IMG/VR virus record: IMGVR_UViG_3300020042_005640
Span: 1-49,372 of that record
DNA length: 49,372 nucleotides
From: a virus
Lineage: Duplodnaviria > Caudoviricetes
Strand: one strand, 5' to 3'
The notes under the pieces were generated by a model. That model had not been told where the DNA came from, did no database searches, and saw only the letters and a list, made by a program, of their open reading frames with translations. A program made the translations under genes and the position numbers. Position 1 is the stretch's first letter; each line of letters begins with the position of its first letter. This document shows, one piece after another, positions 33,278 through 43,251 of the stretch.

Positions 33278-35292
33278 AGCAGACATACAACATATGCGGA
33301 ATAGATTACGAGTGTCCAGATACTCCATCTGTGATAGATGGTTCTCAATTCGCGAACTGCGAACAGTATTTTAGAAGGACTGAAGTCCCTGTATCATTTG
33401 AAGACCTGGAGTTTGACGAGGATGGGAATGCTGTGTATGATGACAACCATATTGACTTTATTACCAAAGAGGTTGATAAGATAAAGAACGGATACTGGTT
33501 TATGAATGACGGTGATTCTACGTACATAAACGGTCTTCACTATTTCTATTTAAACTATTGGACGCTTGAGAATGGAGAAATGCCTGATTACAGAGATGTA
33601 GATAGAAGGTATTTTTATTTTCAAGAATACTGCGAAAGTCATACACAATGCTACGGTATTATACGAATAAAGAAACGTAGGGAAGGTGCTACATCTCAAG
33701 CTACGTGCTATTTAGTTTGGAAGGCTATAACCCAAAAGAAATCATTCTGTGGTATCATATCAAAGACTGGTAAGGATGCTTCCGATGCTTTTATATACAT
33801 GGTGATGAATGGGTACAGGAACTTGCCTGTATTCCTAAAGCCGAGAGTAGAGGATGAGGATACAAAGACGGAGCTTGTATTCAGGAAAAGAAAGGATAAG
33901 AGGAAAGCTAAGGTTAGAGACAAAGGACAAATCTACGATAGCGATATCGGTCTTGAGTCTAAGATTAACTTTAAAAATACAGCTCTTAACTCATATGATT
34001 CCGGAAGGGTAAGTGCACTACTTATGGACGAGGCTGGTAAGTGGCCGAAAGAAGTAGCCGTAAACCAATACTGGCCTATAGTTAAAAAGACTCTTACTAG
34101 GGGTGCTATCAAGGTGGGGTTCTGCCTTATACCATCAACGGCAAATGATGCAAAGAGTGGGGGTGAGCCGTACAAGATGCTGTTTGAGCAATCCAATCAA
34201 TTTAAGGATTATAACACGGCAACAGGTTTATACAGATATTTCTGTCCTGCGTATGACGGATACGAGGGGTTTATAGATAGACACGGTAAGTCAATAATAG
34301 ACACGCCTACAGAGGAACAGGCAAAGTACATAAAGCAGAGATACGGCTTAAAGATTGTATCAGGAGCCAAAGACTACTTGCTAAAGCAAAGGCAATTACT
34401 TTCTGACGACAAAAAAGCTCTTTCTGAAGAAATAAGGATGAATCCATTTGATGAGAATGAGGCATTCATGATTGACCAAAAGAAATGTTATTTTAACGCA
34501 GAAAAGATATACAAACAAATTGACTTTTTAAAAGAAGAAAGGATACCAATTAGGAAGGTACGTTTGATATGGAAGGATGATAAAACTGTAGATTGGGTTG
34601 ATGACAAGGATGGTCCTTGGAAGGTTTATAAGTTCCCTCCAAACGGGGAGTCTAACAAATCGCTAGAATCTGATGGGATAAAAATACCCGCAAATACGCA
34701 TAAATACGTATCCGGTATTGACCCATTCAAATCATCCGTCATTTCTGGTAAGGGATCAATGGGGGCTTGCCTTGTATTTGAGAGATTGGATATTGGTGAC
34801 CCAAGTAACACCTGTATGCCAATAGCGGAGTATATTGACAGACCAAGGCTAAAGTCTATGTTCCACGATGAGATGCTGAAAGCTTCAATATATTGGGGAT
34901 ATAAAGCCTGTTACGAGAATGACGTAGGAGATGACTTTGTTGACTACTTCAGTAATAAGGGGTTCAAGGGGTATCTAATGAAGACTCCTGAGTCCGCTAT
35001 AGACAAGAACCGGAAAAGGAATGTATCGAAGTTTGGAGTTACTTCCGGTGATGCGTTTGCATTGGCTAGGCAGTTGGACACCTGCATAACCTACATAGAG
35101 AACCATTGTGAGAAGATAGTCTTTAGCGAACTGTTGGAGGAGCTTCTTCAGTATGACCATGAGCACAGGACCATTTACGATAGAAGTGTGGCATTTATGA
35201 TAAGTTTGCTTTCTGGCGTATCTTTAGAAAGTAAGAGGATAGAGAAGGCATCTTCCTCCATTCCTATCAGGACGTTTAAACTAACAACATAA
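33274..35292 (+). CDS. terL: Terminase large subunit
   Basis: KKRREGAT Walker A, LLMDEAGK Walker B, RNase H-like SGIDP and YDRSVA motifs; TTG start. Confidence 0.92.
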   Translation: MKQTYNICGIDYECPDTPSVIDGSQFANCEQYFRRTEVPVSFEDLEFDEDGNAVYDDNHIDFITKEVDKIKNGYWFMNDGDSTYINGLHYFYLNYWTLENGEMPDYRDVDRRYFYFQEYCESHTQCYGIIRIKKRREGATSQATCYLVWKAITQKKSFCGIISKTGKDASDAFIYMVMNGYRNLPVFLKPRVEDEDTKTELVFRKRKDKRKAKVRDKGQIYDSDIGLESKINFKNTALNSYDSGRVSALLMDEAGKWPKEVAVNQYWPIVKKTLTRGAIKVGFCLIPSTANDAKSGGEPYKMLFEQSNQFKDYNTATGLYRYFCPAYDGYEGFIDRHGKSIIDTPTEEQAKYIKQRYGLKIVSGAKDYLLKQRQLLSDDKKALSEEIRMNPFDENEAFMIDQKKCYFNAEKIYKQIDFLKEERIPIRKVRLIWKDDKTVDWVDDKDGPWKVYKFPPNGESNKSLESDGIKIPANTHKYVSGIDPFKSSVISGKGSMGACLVFERLDIGDPSNTCMPIAEYIDRPRLKSMFHDEMLKASIYWGYKACYENDVGDDFVDYFSNKGFKGYLMKTPESAIDKNRKRNVSKFGVTSGDAFALARQLDTCITYIENHCEKIVFSELLEELLQYDHEHRTIYDRSVAFMISLLSGVSLESKRIEKASSSIPIRTFKLTT

Positions 35293-35313
35293 TTTGTACT
35301 TTTGCTTTAGATT

Positions 35314-37632
35314 ATGGCAAATACTAACAAGGAAATATTAAATTTCCACCTCGGAACAATTAAGTCCAAAAGGGATGAGAAGGAAGGATTGAAGGTATCC
35401 AAGTTCCTTGAAAGGGCTTTTAATAGCGGATATTTTAGCAAGCGAAACAAGAAATTCGACAAGAATAGGAAGTTTGCTAGAGGCAGACAGCCTATGGCTG
35501 AGTTTCTAGATTTGCTTAACGTAGATGGTAAAGAGGCTTTTGTAAACCTTGATATGAAGGCTCCTGCCATTGCACCAAAGTTTATACAGGTAATGATTGG
35601 CGGATTCATGAAGAGGGAGGAGAAGGTTAGGGTTTCTGCCATAGACCCAATATCTACAGATAAGAAGAAGTACGAAAGGGAAGAGGCTGAGTTTAGAATG
35701 AACTTTGGGGACGAGATAAAGGGTATTGAAGAGCAGGCTGGATTAAAGCTAATTCCAGATAATGCCTATACTCCAGAAGATTATGAAGAATTGGATTTGT
35801 TCTTTGGCGGACAGTATCAGCTTCCGGAAGAGATTATGTTTGAAAAGGGCATAACTGCTGTATTGGATACAAGTGGATGGGATGTTGTAAAGAGGAAGCT
35901 GTTAGAGGATATGATTGAGGTAGGGTTGGCTTGTACAAAAGTAACTTCATCTAGAGACGGAAAGATTACCGTAAGAAGGGTAATACCTGAAAACCTAATC
36001 TATTCATATTCTGATTACGATGACTTTAGGGATATGTCTTTTATTGGCGAAGTCATCTCAATGAAGATATCTGATCTTAGAGAGCTATATCCTAATATTG
36101 AGGAAGAGAAGTTCTTTAAGATTTCACAGAAGTCAAAGAACTATACATCATCTGTAAAGTGGGAGGAGAAGTTTAGATACAATATCGACAGGCCTTATGA
36201 TGATTTTACTGTTGACGTTTTAGACTTTGAGATTAGGACTGTTGATTCTATGATATACCAAGCCAGGATTAATAAGTTTGGTAATCTTATTGTAGAGAAG
36301 AAAGATAAAGAACCTCAGAAGGTTGGAGATAACAAAGAGATTATTAGGAAGACCATGAAGGTAAACTATCGTGGTGTATATGTGATGAACTCTGATATTA
36401 TGTTGGAGTGGGGAGTTGCTAAGAACATGATTAAGCCGTCTATAGCAAAAGAGTTATCTGACGTATTCTTCAGCTACAGCCTGTACATGCACGAGAATCT
36501 TGACCTTGAGAACATGGCTATCCCTGAAAGGATGGAAACATCTATCAGGCAGATGACTCTTGCTCACCTAAAGATTCAACAGCTTGTAGCCAAGTTGAGG
36601 CCTTCTGGTTTGATTATAGATATTGACGCCCTTTCTGATATTAGTCTTGGTCAAGGAAAGAATGTTACTCCAATGGAGATACAGCAGATTTATGATCAAA
36701 CAGGTAATATATATTACAGAAGAAAGACTGAGGATGGTGATAATGTAAATGGAGTACCTATTTCAGAAGCACCAAATAGCGGAAGCATTGGACAGATACA
36801 GGAATTAATTACTGTATACAACCACTACCTTACTAGACTTAGGGATGAGATTGGTGTAAATGAATATCGTGAAGGAGCTTCAGTAAATCCTAAGTTGGGA
36901 CTTGGAGTTCAGCGTTCACAGGTAGAAGCATCTAATAACGCAACCGACTTTATATATGATGGGTATCTTAATCTATATAAGCAGACATCATTTAAGTCAG
37001 CTTTATTATTATACGATTCTGTACTTTATGGAGGTAGGCAATACAGGGATTACATATCTGATAAAGAAGTTAAGGATAAGCAATTTGATGTAATCGTTGA
37101 GGTTATGCCAGATGAGGCAGAAAAGCAGTTCTTGAATAGCATGATTCAGACAGCAATATCTGCATCTGCTATTGATTTTGAAGATGCATTTAAGGTAAAG
37201 AACATAAAGAATTATAAACTTGCCGAGATGTATCTGTCTAAGGCTAAGAGGAAGAAGATGAGGGATGATATGCAAAAGGCACAACAGAACTCTGAAATGA
37301 ATGCTCAGTCTCAACAGCAGTCAATTATGGTAAAAGCTCAAGCCGATGCACAGACTCGGCAGGTTGAAGCTCAATCTAAGATAGCTATTACAGATGCTGA
37401 ATCTAAAATGAAGAGCGACCTGTCTAGGCAGGATTTTATTCAGTTGGCACTTATGAAGTCATTTGAATTAGATAGGGAATTGCCAGATGAGATTCAAAGC
37501 ATAGTAGACCAATACTTCCAAGAAAAGGAAGAACAAAAGCAAATGGCTATGCAGCAACAACAAGAGCAGATGATGCAGCAAATGCAGCAACAGGAAGCTC
37601 AAGAAGGAGCAGAAGGTCAGCAAATGCAATAA
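35314..37632 (+). CDS. Portal protein
   Basis: 772 aa directly after TerL; podoviral portal pattern (PKF, GLIID.D, G.NE.R.G) and a Gln-rich coiled C-terminus. Confidence 0.85.
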   Translation: MANTNKEILNFHLGTIKSKRDEKEGLKVSKFLERAFNSGYFSKRNKKFDKNRKFARGRQPMAEFLDLLNVDGKEAFVNLDMKAPAIAPKFIQVMIGGFMKREEKVRVSAIDPISTDKKKYEREEAEFRMNFGDEIKGIEEQAGLKLIPDNAYTPEDYEELDLFFGGQYQLPEEIMFEKGITAVLDTSGWDVVKRKLLEDMIEVGLACTKVTSSRDGKITVRRVIPENLIYSYSDYDDFRDMSFIGEVISMKISDLRELYPNIEEEKFFKISQKSKNYTSSVKWEEKFRYNIDRPYDDFTVDVLDFEIRTVDSMIYQARINKFGNLIVEKKDKEPQKVGDNKEIIRKTMKVNYRGVYVMNSDIMLEWGVAKNMIKPSIAKELSDVFFSYSLYMHENLDLENMAIPERMETSIRQMTLAHLKIQQLVAKLRPSGLIIDIDALSDISLGQGKNVTPMEIQQIYDQTGNIYYRRKTEDGDNVNGVPISEAPNSGSIGQIQELITVYNHYLTRLRDEIGVNEYREGASVNPKLGLGVQRSQVEASNNATDFIYDGYLNLYKQTSFKSALLLYDSVLYGGRQYRDYISDKEVKDKQFDVIVEVMPDEAEKQFLNSMIQTAISASAIDFEDAFKVKNIKNYKLAEMYLSKAKRKKMRDDMQKAQQNSEMNAQSQQQSIMVKAQADAQTRQVEAQSKIAITDAESKMKSDLSRQDFIQLALMKSFELDRELPDEIQSIVDQYFQEKEEQKQMAMQQQQEQMMQQMQQQEAQEGAEGQQMQ

Positions 37633-37661
37633 TGCATATATTTGTATAAAATAAACCAACC

Positions 37662-38756
37662 ATGTCAGAAGCACAATTCAATCCATTTGACACATCGTCA
37701 TACTCAAATACTGCTGTGGAAGTCCCACAGGAGGTTGTAGTAGAAGATGTACAACTAGAAGCACAAGAAAGCCAAGAGGTACAGTCTACAGTTAGTTCAG
37801 ATACTGCAGTAGAGCTTCCTCAAGAGAGCCAAACAAATGAACAATCTCAAAGCGAGCCTGTACAGTTTGAGTGGCCAAATGAGGTATCAAAAGACATTTA
37901 TGAAAAGCTTGTAAATGGTAACATATCAGAATTAGCTGATATGATTTACGAGCAAAAAGTTCTTTCAAGTTTGGATACAATGAGCGAATCAGATGTTCTA
38001 AAGCTTAAAATGGCTTATGAATATCCAGACTTAACACCTCAAGAAATAGAGGAAGAGTTTAGTAGCAGGTTTGGTATTGATGATGATGCTGATACTAGCA
38101 TGATGACCGATGATGAGATTGCTACTCACAATAAGAGAATTGATAAGCAGATGAAGTCTATGTCAAGGGAGATGAAGAAAGAGGTTAGAGAGGCTAGAGG
38201 ATACCTTGAAGGATTAAAGCAGGATATTTCTTTTCCAGATATATTAAGTCAAGTTCAGAGTACACAGTCACAGGTATCACCCGACGATGTATTGAACAAT
38301 TACTTCGCACAGCAAGAACAAGAGCAGAATCAAGTTTATGCAGAAGCCAGACAGGCTTATGTAAGTAGCTTAGATAATGGTCTAAAATCCTTTGATGGGT
38401 TCAGTGTCAATTACAAGGACGAGGATGTCCAGTTTGACGGGAAGTATAACCTAACTCCGGAAGAAAAGGTTAATCTTTCAAGCACCCTTAAAGAATTTGA
38501 TTTAGAAGAGTTTTATGGTAATCGTTATTTCAAGGAAGGAAGATACGATTCAAAACAACTCGCAGAAGATGTTTATTTCTTGCAGAACAGAGACAAGGTG
38601 GTTAACTCGCTTGTGACACAGGCTGTGTCTAAAGCAAAGTCTGACCTACTTAAATCTATGAAGAATATTGATTTCAATGATTCGCCAAGGGTTGCTGCGT
38701 CTTCAAACTCAAATGATGACTATAGTGCTATGGTATCGAAGTTGTATAGTTTATAA
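37662..38756 (+). CDS. Capsid scaffolding-like protein
   Basis: Very acidic and helical; lies between portal and capsid; TATATTTG element at 37637. Confidence 0.65.
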   Translation: MSEAQFNPFDTSSYSNTAVEVPQEVVVEDVQLEAQESQEVQSTVSSDTAVELPQESQTNEQSQSEPVQFEWPNEVSKDIYEKLVNGNISELADMIYEQKVLSSLDTMSESDVLKLKMAYEYPDLTPQEIEEEFSSRFGIDDDADTSMMTDDEIATHNKRIDKQMKSMSREMKKEVREARGYLEGLKQDISFPDILSQVQSTQSQVSPDDVLNNYFAQQEQEQNQVYAEARQAYVSSLDNGLKSFDGFSVNYKDEDVQFDGKYNLTPEEKVNLSSTLKEFDLEEFYGNRYFKEGRYDSKQLAEDVYFLQNRDKVVNSLVTQAVSKAKSDLLKSMKNIDFNDSPRVAASSNSNDDYSAMVSKLYSL

Positions 38757-38778
38757 TAACAAATTAAAATAAATCAAA

Positions 38779-40116
38779 ATGCCAGTATTACAACCCGGTA
38801 ATGTGATGCAAACAGGTGTTACAAGGTCATTTATGTCTGACCTTTCCATCCTGAAGCCACAGTATTACCCACAATTTATTGACAAGTATGGTTCTCAGAA
38901 CTATGCTCAACTTTTGGAAGCTCTCGGATTGAAAGCTACCGTTCCTTCTAGGGAATTTTTTCACTTTGAATCTCGTGGTAAACTTCATTCAGCTGTACAG
39001 CTTGATGGTGGTGCTATGGCAGATGTTGCTGCAGGTGCAGAGATTACTCTTGCTATCTCTAGTGCATTTGTTACAGGTGGCAGAAGCCCTCTCCGTGTAG
39101 GCGAAGTTGTTGAAAACGCTGCAACTGGAGTTCAGTACAAAATCACTGTTGTGACTTCTTCTACTGCATTCAAGATGAAGCCTTTGGATTCTACAATTGA
39201 TCCAAACACAGACCTTGGTTCTAACTCTACTGCACACCTGTTGTTCCGTGGTATCACTGAAGCTGGTGAAGCTTCTACTAAGCTTAACACCCTTACAGGA
39301 TTGACTGAAAGGAAGACCTTCTATACAACTGAAATCCGTGAAGACTTCACCATTAGCGATCGTGCTAAGATTGAAGAACTTTACTTTGAAGTTAATGGAC
39401 AGTCTTATTACACCTACAAAGGACTTGATGAAGCTGTACGCAGGTTCATGAACAATAAGGAGTTCAAGCTTATGTTTGGTAAGCCTTCAACTGATGCTCA
39501 AATTGGTAGTACTGGTACTACAGGTTTGGTTCCTCAAATTGAAGCGAATGGTCAAACTTACAACTGGAATGCTAGTGCTAGTGGTTTCACTATCGCTGAC
39601 TTCCATTCTATCGCCCGTCTTGCTGATTTCAATGGTGGTGCTCAAGAGTATCATTTCTTGATGGATAGCTACCTCCGTAGCGTTGTTGACGATGCCTTGT
39701 TTACCAATTATAACAATGGAGCAATCGTTTGGGCTTCTGTTGGTGGTGCATCTGAGATTGCAGTTAAGTACGGCTTTGATTCATTGAAAATCGATGGTAT
39801 CACCTTCCACTTGAAGAAGTACCTTCCTTTCAATGCTGAAGCTGTTTACGGTGTTGCTCCTTCTACAGAGTACTACAAGAATAGCGGTATCCTCATCCCA
39901 ATGAAGGATGGTCGTGATGCACAAACTGGTGACAAAGTTCCTTCTCTCCGTATTGTTTACAATGAGGTTGAGCCAGGAAAAGAAGTTAAGGTTTGGGAAA
40001 CTGGTGCTTTGGCTAAGGTTCCAACTAACGACAAAATGGAACTTAACGTACACCACATGGCGTACTGCGGTATCCAGGTATTTGCCGCTAACCAATATAT
40101 CTCTGTTAAATCCTAA
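38779..40116 (+). CDS. Major capsid protein
   Basis: 445 aa at the canonical position; strongly biased codon usage; followed by a terminator. Confidence 0.85.
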   Translation: MPVLQPGNVMQTGVTRSFMSDLSILKPQYYPQFIDKYGSQNYAQLLEALGLKATVPSREFFHFESRGKLHSAVQLDGGAMADVAAGAEITLAISSAFVTGGRSPLRVGEVVENAATGVQYKITVVTSSTAFKMKPLDSTIDPNTDLGSNSTAHLLFRGITEAGEASTKLNTLTGLTERKTFYTTEIREDFTISDRAKIEELYFEVNGQSYYTYKGLDEAVRRFMNNKEFKLMFGKPSTDAQIGSTGTTGLVPQIEANGQTYNWNASASGFTIADFHSIARLADFNGGAQEYHFLMDSYLRSVVDDALFTNYNNGAIVWASVGGASEIAVKYGFDSLKIDGITFHLKKYLPFNAEAVYGVAPSTEYYKNSGILIPMKDGRDAQTGDKVPSLRIVYNEVEPGKEVKVWETGALAKVPTNDKMELNVHHMAYCGIQVFAANQYISVKS

Positions 40117-40134
40117 TTTAGATATAGCGAAATT

Positions 40135-40166
40135 GAGACCCCTCCTAGTGAGGGGTTTCTTTTTTT
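40135..40166 (+). terminator. Rho-independent terminator after the capsid gene
   Basis: GAGACCCCTC-ctagt-GAGGGGTTTC followed by T7. Confidence 0.85.
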
Positions 40167-40198
40167 ATGTATATTTGTCTTAATCAAAATCTTAAACC

Positions 40199-41107
40199 AT
40201 GGCTAAAAGCACGAAAAAAACAATTGACGAAAATGGCAATCTCGTAGAAGTAGTGTCACAACAAGAAGAGAATGCACTTGTATCAGACATCGTAATAGAA
40301 CTACCTAAGAAAAAGAAAGAGCAAAATGAATACGTATTCCAACTAACAGCTAAGTTTTACTCAAATAGCGTATACAGTCAGTATCCAGAGAACTATCTTC
40401 TCAAAAATACGGATATCATATATGATGAGAATACGGGTACAGAAAGGAATATTAGGTATCTTGAAGGTGTTAGTACTATATGGGAGGAGGAGCAAAACCA
40501 CCTTTCTGAAGGAAAAAAGAATCAAAGACCAGATATTAGGTTTGTAAAGGGATTTCTTAGGGTTCCGTCAAATAAGCCTTCATTGATTCAGTTTCTTACT
40601 AAAAGCAATATGTTTGACAAAAAAACAAACAGAATGGCTGGGTCTAGGTCAATCTATACAATGTTGGACTTTGAAGCTCAAGAAGAGAAGGAGATTGTAA
40701 AAACAGAAAGGAGAATGGAAGCAATGAAGATTGCTATGGACTCTCCTGACGAGATTATGATTCCTCATGCTAAATACCTTGGAGTTAAGTTTGTTAACTC
40801 TTACGGAGTAGAAAGATCAACTAGGGCTATTAAAATGGACTATATTGGAGTAGCTGACAAGAACGCAGAGACTTTCATTAAGACATACAACAACCCGTTG
40901 GTAAAGGTTCAGTACTTGGTCTCAAAGGCTATTCAGACTAATATCATAGATATCAGCTCTATTAAGGGTCAAGCATCTTGGGGAGATACAAAGAAGTTTA
41001 TTGCGCAAATCCCTGATAGTAAGGATGCTTTAACCTTCCTGTCTGAGTATAGTTTGACCGAAAAAGGAAAGGATTTCTACGCCCAACTCAAGACATTGGG
41101 TGAGTAA
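40199..41107 (+). CDS. Head-module protein (position equivalent to the crAss-like gene after the major capsid)
   Basis: Position; RNIRY and I.F..G.L.V motifs. Confidence 0.55.
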   Translation: MAKSTKKTIDENGNLVEVVSQQEENALVSDIVIELPKKKKEQNEYVFQLTAKFYSNSVYSQYPENYLLKNTDIIYDENTGTERNIRYLEGVSTIWEEEQNHLSEGKKNQRPDIRFVKGFLRVPSNKPSLIQFLTKSNMFDKKTNRMAGSRSIYTMLDFEAQEEKEIVKTERRMEAMKIAMDSPDEIMIPHAKYLGVKFVNSYGVERSTRAIKMDYIGVADKNAETFIKTYNNPLVKVQYLVSKAIQTNIIDISSIKGQASWGDTKKFIAQIPDSKDALTFLSEYSLTEKGKDFYAQLKTLGE

Positions 41108-41139
41108 CATAGCTTCGTGTTAATTATGGTTTGATTGGT

Positions 41140-41174
41140 TCTCCCGGTAGGTCTCTACTGGGAGATTTTGTTTT
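41140..41174 (+). terminator. Rho-independent terminator
   Basis: TCTCCCGGTAG-gtct-CTACTGGGAGA-TTTTGTTTT. Confidence 0.75.
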
Positions 41175-41185
41175 ATATTTGCATT

Positions 41186-41854
41186 ATGAATATTAATGAG
41201 GTATACAAGCTAGTATCTTATTTGGTAGATAAGTACCAAGGTACGTACCTATCGCCTGAAGACTTTAACATGGTCATAAACATGGCGCAGAATCAGTACA
41301 TTGGATTTGTAACTGATGACACAGGAAGTCCAAGCAGTAATCCAAAGAATCCAGCAGGCATGTCAACATCTGCTGTTATAGCGGATATGCTGTCTCCATT
41401 TCTTACAGAGACTACGCTAACAATAACATCTCAACTTGCTGCAAAGCCAAATGACCTATATAAGACAGTAGCAATTAGGACAACAGATGACAACTATGCC
41501 GCTAGAGTCATTGCCGAAGACAGGATTTCTTCGTATATAGGAAATGCTATAGATACCCCTACTGTAACTGAGCCAATATACTACGAGCTTGGCTCTAACT
41601 TTAAATTCTATCCTTCAACTTTGGCTACAGCTAAACTTACATACCTAAAAAGGCCTCAAGTATTAAAGTGGGCATATACAGGTGCATTGATATATGATAC
41701 TGTATTAAGCGTACCAGCATCAAACGCTGATTTACAGTGGGGAGATACTGATACGTATGAGATTATATATAGGGCGATTGGAATTATAGGTATTAATTTG
41801 AAGGACGGTGATTTGATGAGGGCTTCTCAAACTATTAAAAATAACGGGCTATGA
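41186..41854 (+). CDS. Head-tail connector/tail ring protein
   Basis: P.DFN...N.AQ and LTYLKRP..W.Y motifs; start moved to ATG 41186. Confidence 0.6.
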   Translation: MNINEVYKLVSYLVDKYQGTYLSPEDFNMVINMAQNQYIGFVTDDTGSPSSNPKNPAGMSTSAVIADMLSPFLTETTLTITSQLAAKPNDLYKTVAIRTTDDNYAARVIAEDRISSYIGNAIDTPTVTEPIYYELGSNFKFYPSTLATAKLTYLKRPQVLKWAYTGALIYDTVLSVPASNADLQWGDTDTYEIIYRAIGIIGINLKDGDLMRASQTIKNNGL

Positions 41855-42477
41855 CAAGAAAGGTACTAATAGAGCAAATCAGAAGGCTGTATTATGGAGG
41901 AGTCCCCGGAGATGACGCTAACTTTACAGAGAATGAGGCAAATTTATACATAAATCAAGCTATAGCATATGTTGCTAAAGTAAACTACACAGATGCTATA
42001 AAGCTAGATGGGGTTGAAACAGTTAGTGATGCATTCTATGCTACATTTAAGAATCTTGCACTTACACTAGATTCAGATACAGGATACTGGTACGCTACTC
42101 TGCCTCATCCTCCACTTGGGCTATCTAGGGGTTATGGAATATCTACTGTTACGTTTCCTGTAAGCACAGGATTAGCCAAAGCTCCAGTTGCTATTTCTCC
42201 AAGAGAGATAGACCTTATAGACAACCTAAAGAAGCCTCCAAGTAAAATATTTTTTTGGGCAGAGGGTGGAAAGCTATATTTTAAGAGCCCTTACTATAAT
42301 CTTAATGGAAAAACACCAATCGTAAGAATGGTTAGCGCAGAGAGCTCAGACCTTACAGCTGAGGTTAATGTTCCAGGAGAATATATATCAGAAATGATTA
42401 ACTGGATACTGAACCAACTGAAAGTTAGGAAAGGTATGCCAGAGGACACTACAAATGATGGATTAGATAAAGCATAA
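41851..42477 (+). CDS. Tail ring/structural protein
   Basis: Position in the podoviral tail module; ATGA overlap. Confidence 0.55.
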   Translation: MTRKVLIEQIRRLYYGGVPGDDANFTENEANLYINQAIAYVAKVNYTDAIKLDGVETVSDAFYATFKNLALTLDSDTGYWYATLPHPPLGLSRGYGISTVTFPVSTGLAKAPVAISPREIDLIDNLKKPPSKIFFWAEGGKLYFKSPYYNLNGKTPIVRMVSAESSDLTAEVNVPGEYISEMINWILNQLKVRKGMPEDTTNDGLDKA

Positions 42478-42479
42478 TT

Positions 42480-43250
42480 ATGGCAAAAGATACAGCTCAG
42501 TTTATTGAATTAGCAGAGGTTATATATCAGTATATTGACCAAGCTAAACTTACTAGCGCAGAGTATAGGAGGCTATGGCCTATTGGTGTAAGAGGAGTAG
42601 AGGAGGTAGGATACGATGTCCATATGGAGCCAAAAACAGAGAAGCTTATAGTTAATGCTAATAAGACTGTTACTCTTCCTACTAACTATATAGGATTCTC
42701 TAAAGTAGGGGTATTGAACGCAAAAGGTGAAGTAGCTACTCTTAGAAGAAATAGCAACCTTACTGAATATAAGATTGACCAAACAGATAGGCTATCAAAA
42801 AATACAGACAATAGCGTAGGTAATACATATAGGCTTCAAGACCTTGCTTACGTAAACTATTTTGACGGGGCAAGATATGCTAATATATTTGGAGCAGGAG
42901 CTGCTCTTAATAGTCAAGGTCAATTTGATATATCTGAAACAGAAGGATTAATATATCTCGACAATGATTTTAATTACACATATGTAATTTTAGAATATTT
43001 CTCTTCTCCATCAGACGATGTAAACTTCAAGATACCTATTCAAGTTAGAGATGCTATATTATCGTATATAGCTTGGAGAGATATTGAGTACTTACCAGCT
43101 GGAAGAAGGTCAACAATGGGTGACAAGCAGATGAGGCGTAAAGAGTACTATAATCAAAAAAGGCTTGCAAAGATGAGAGTTAACCCTGTGACTCCGTGGG
43201 ACGCAAATGAGCAGATACGGTTGAGTCAAAAACTTGTAGCAAAATCATAA
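42480..43250 (+). CDS. Tail tubular/adaptor protein (P22 gp4-like)
   Basis: LP.NYI..KVG, VILEY.S and AILSYI motifs. Confidence 0.6.
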   Translation: MAKDTAQFIELAEVIYQYIDQAKLTSAEYRRLWPIGVRGVEEVGYDVHMEPKTEKLIVNANKTVTLPTNYIGFSKVGVLNAKGEVATLRRNSNLTEYKIDQTDRLSKNTDNSVGNTYRLQDLAYVNYFDGARYANIFGAGAALNSQGQFDISETEGLIYLDNDFNYTYVILEYFSSPSDDVNFKIPIQVRDAILSYIAWRDIEYLPAGRRSTMGDKQMRRKEYYNQKRLAKMRVNPVTPWDANEQIRLSQKLVAKS

Positions 43251-43251
43251 T

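Noticed and set aside
37540-37632. Gln/Met-rich low-complexity tail of the portal
   Set aside because: A common feature of podoviral portal barrels; not a DNA repeat element.
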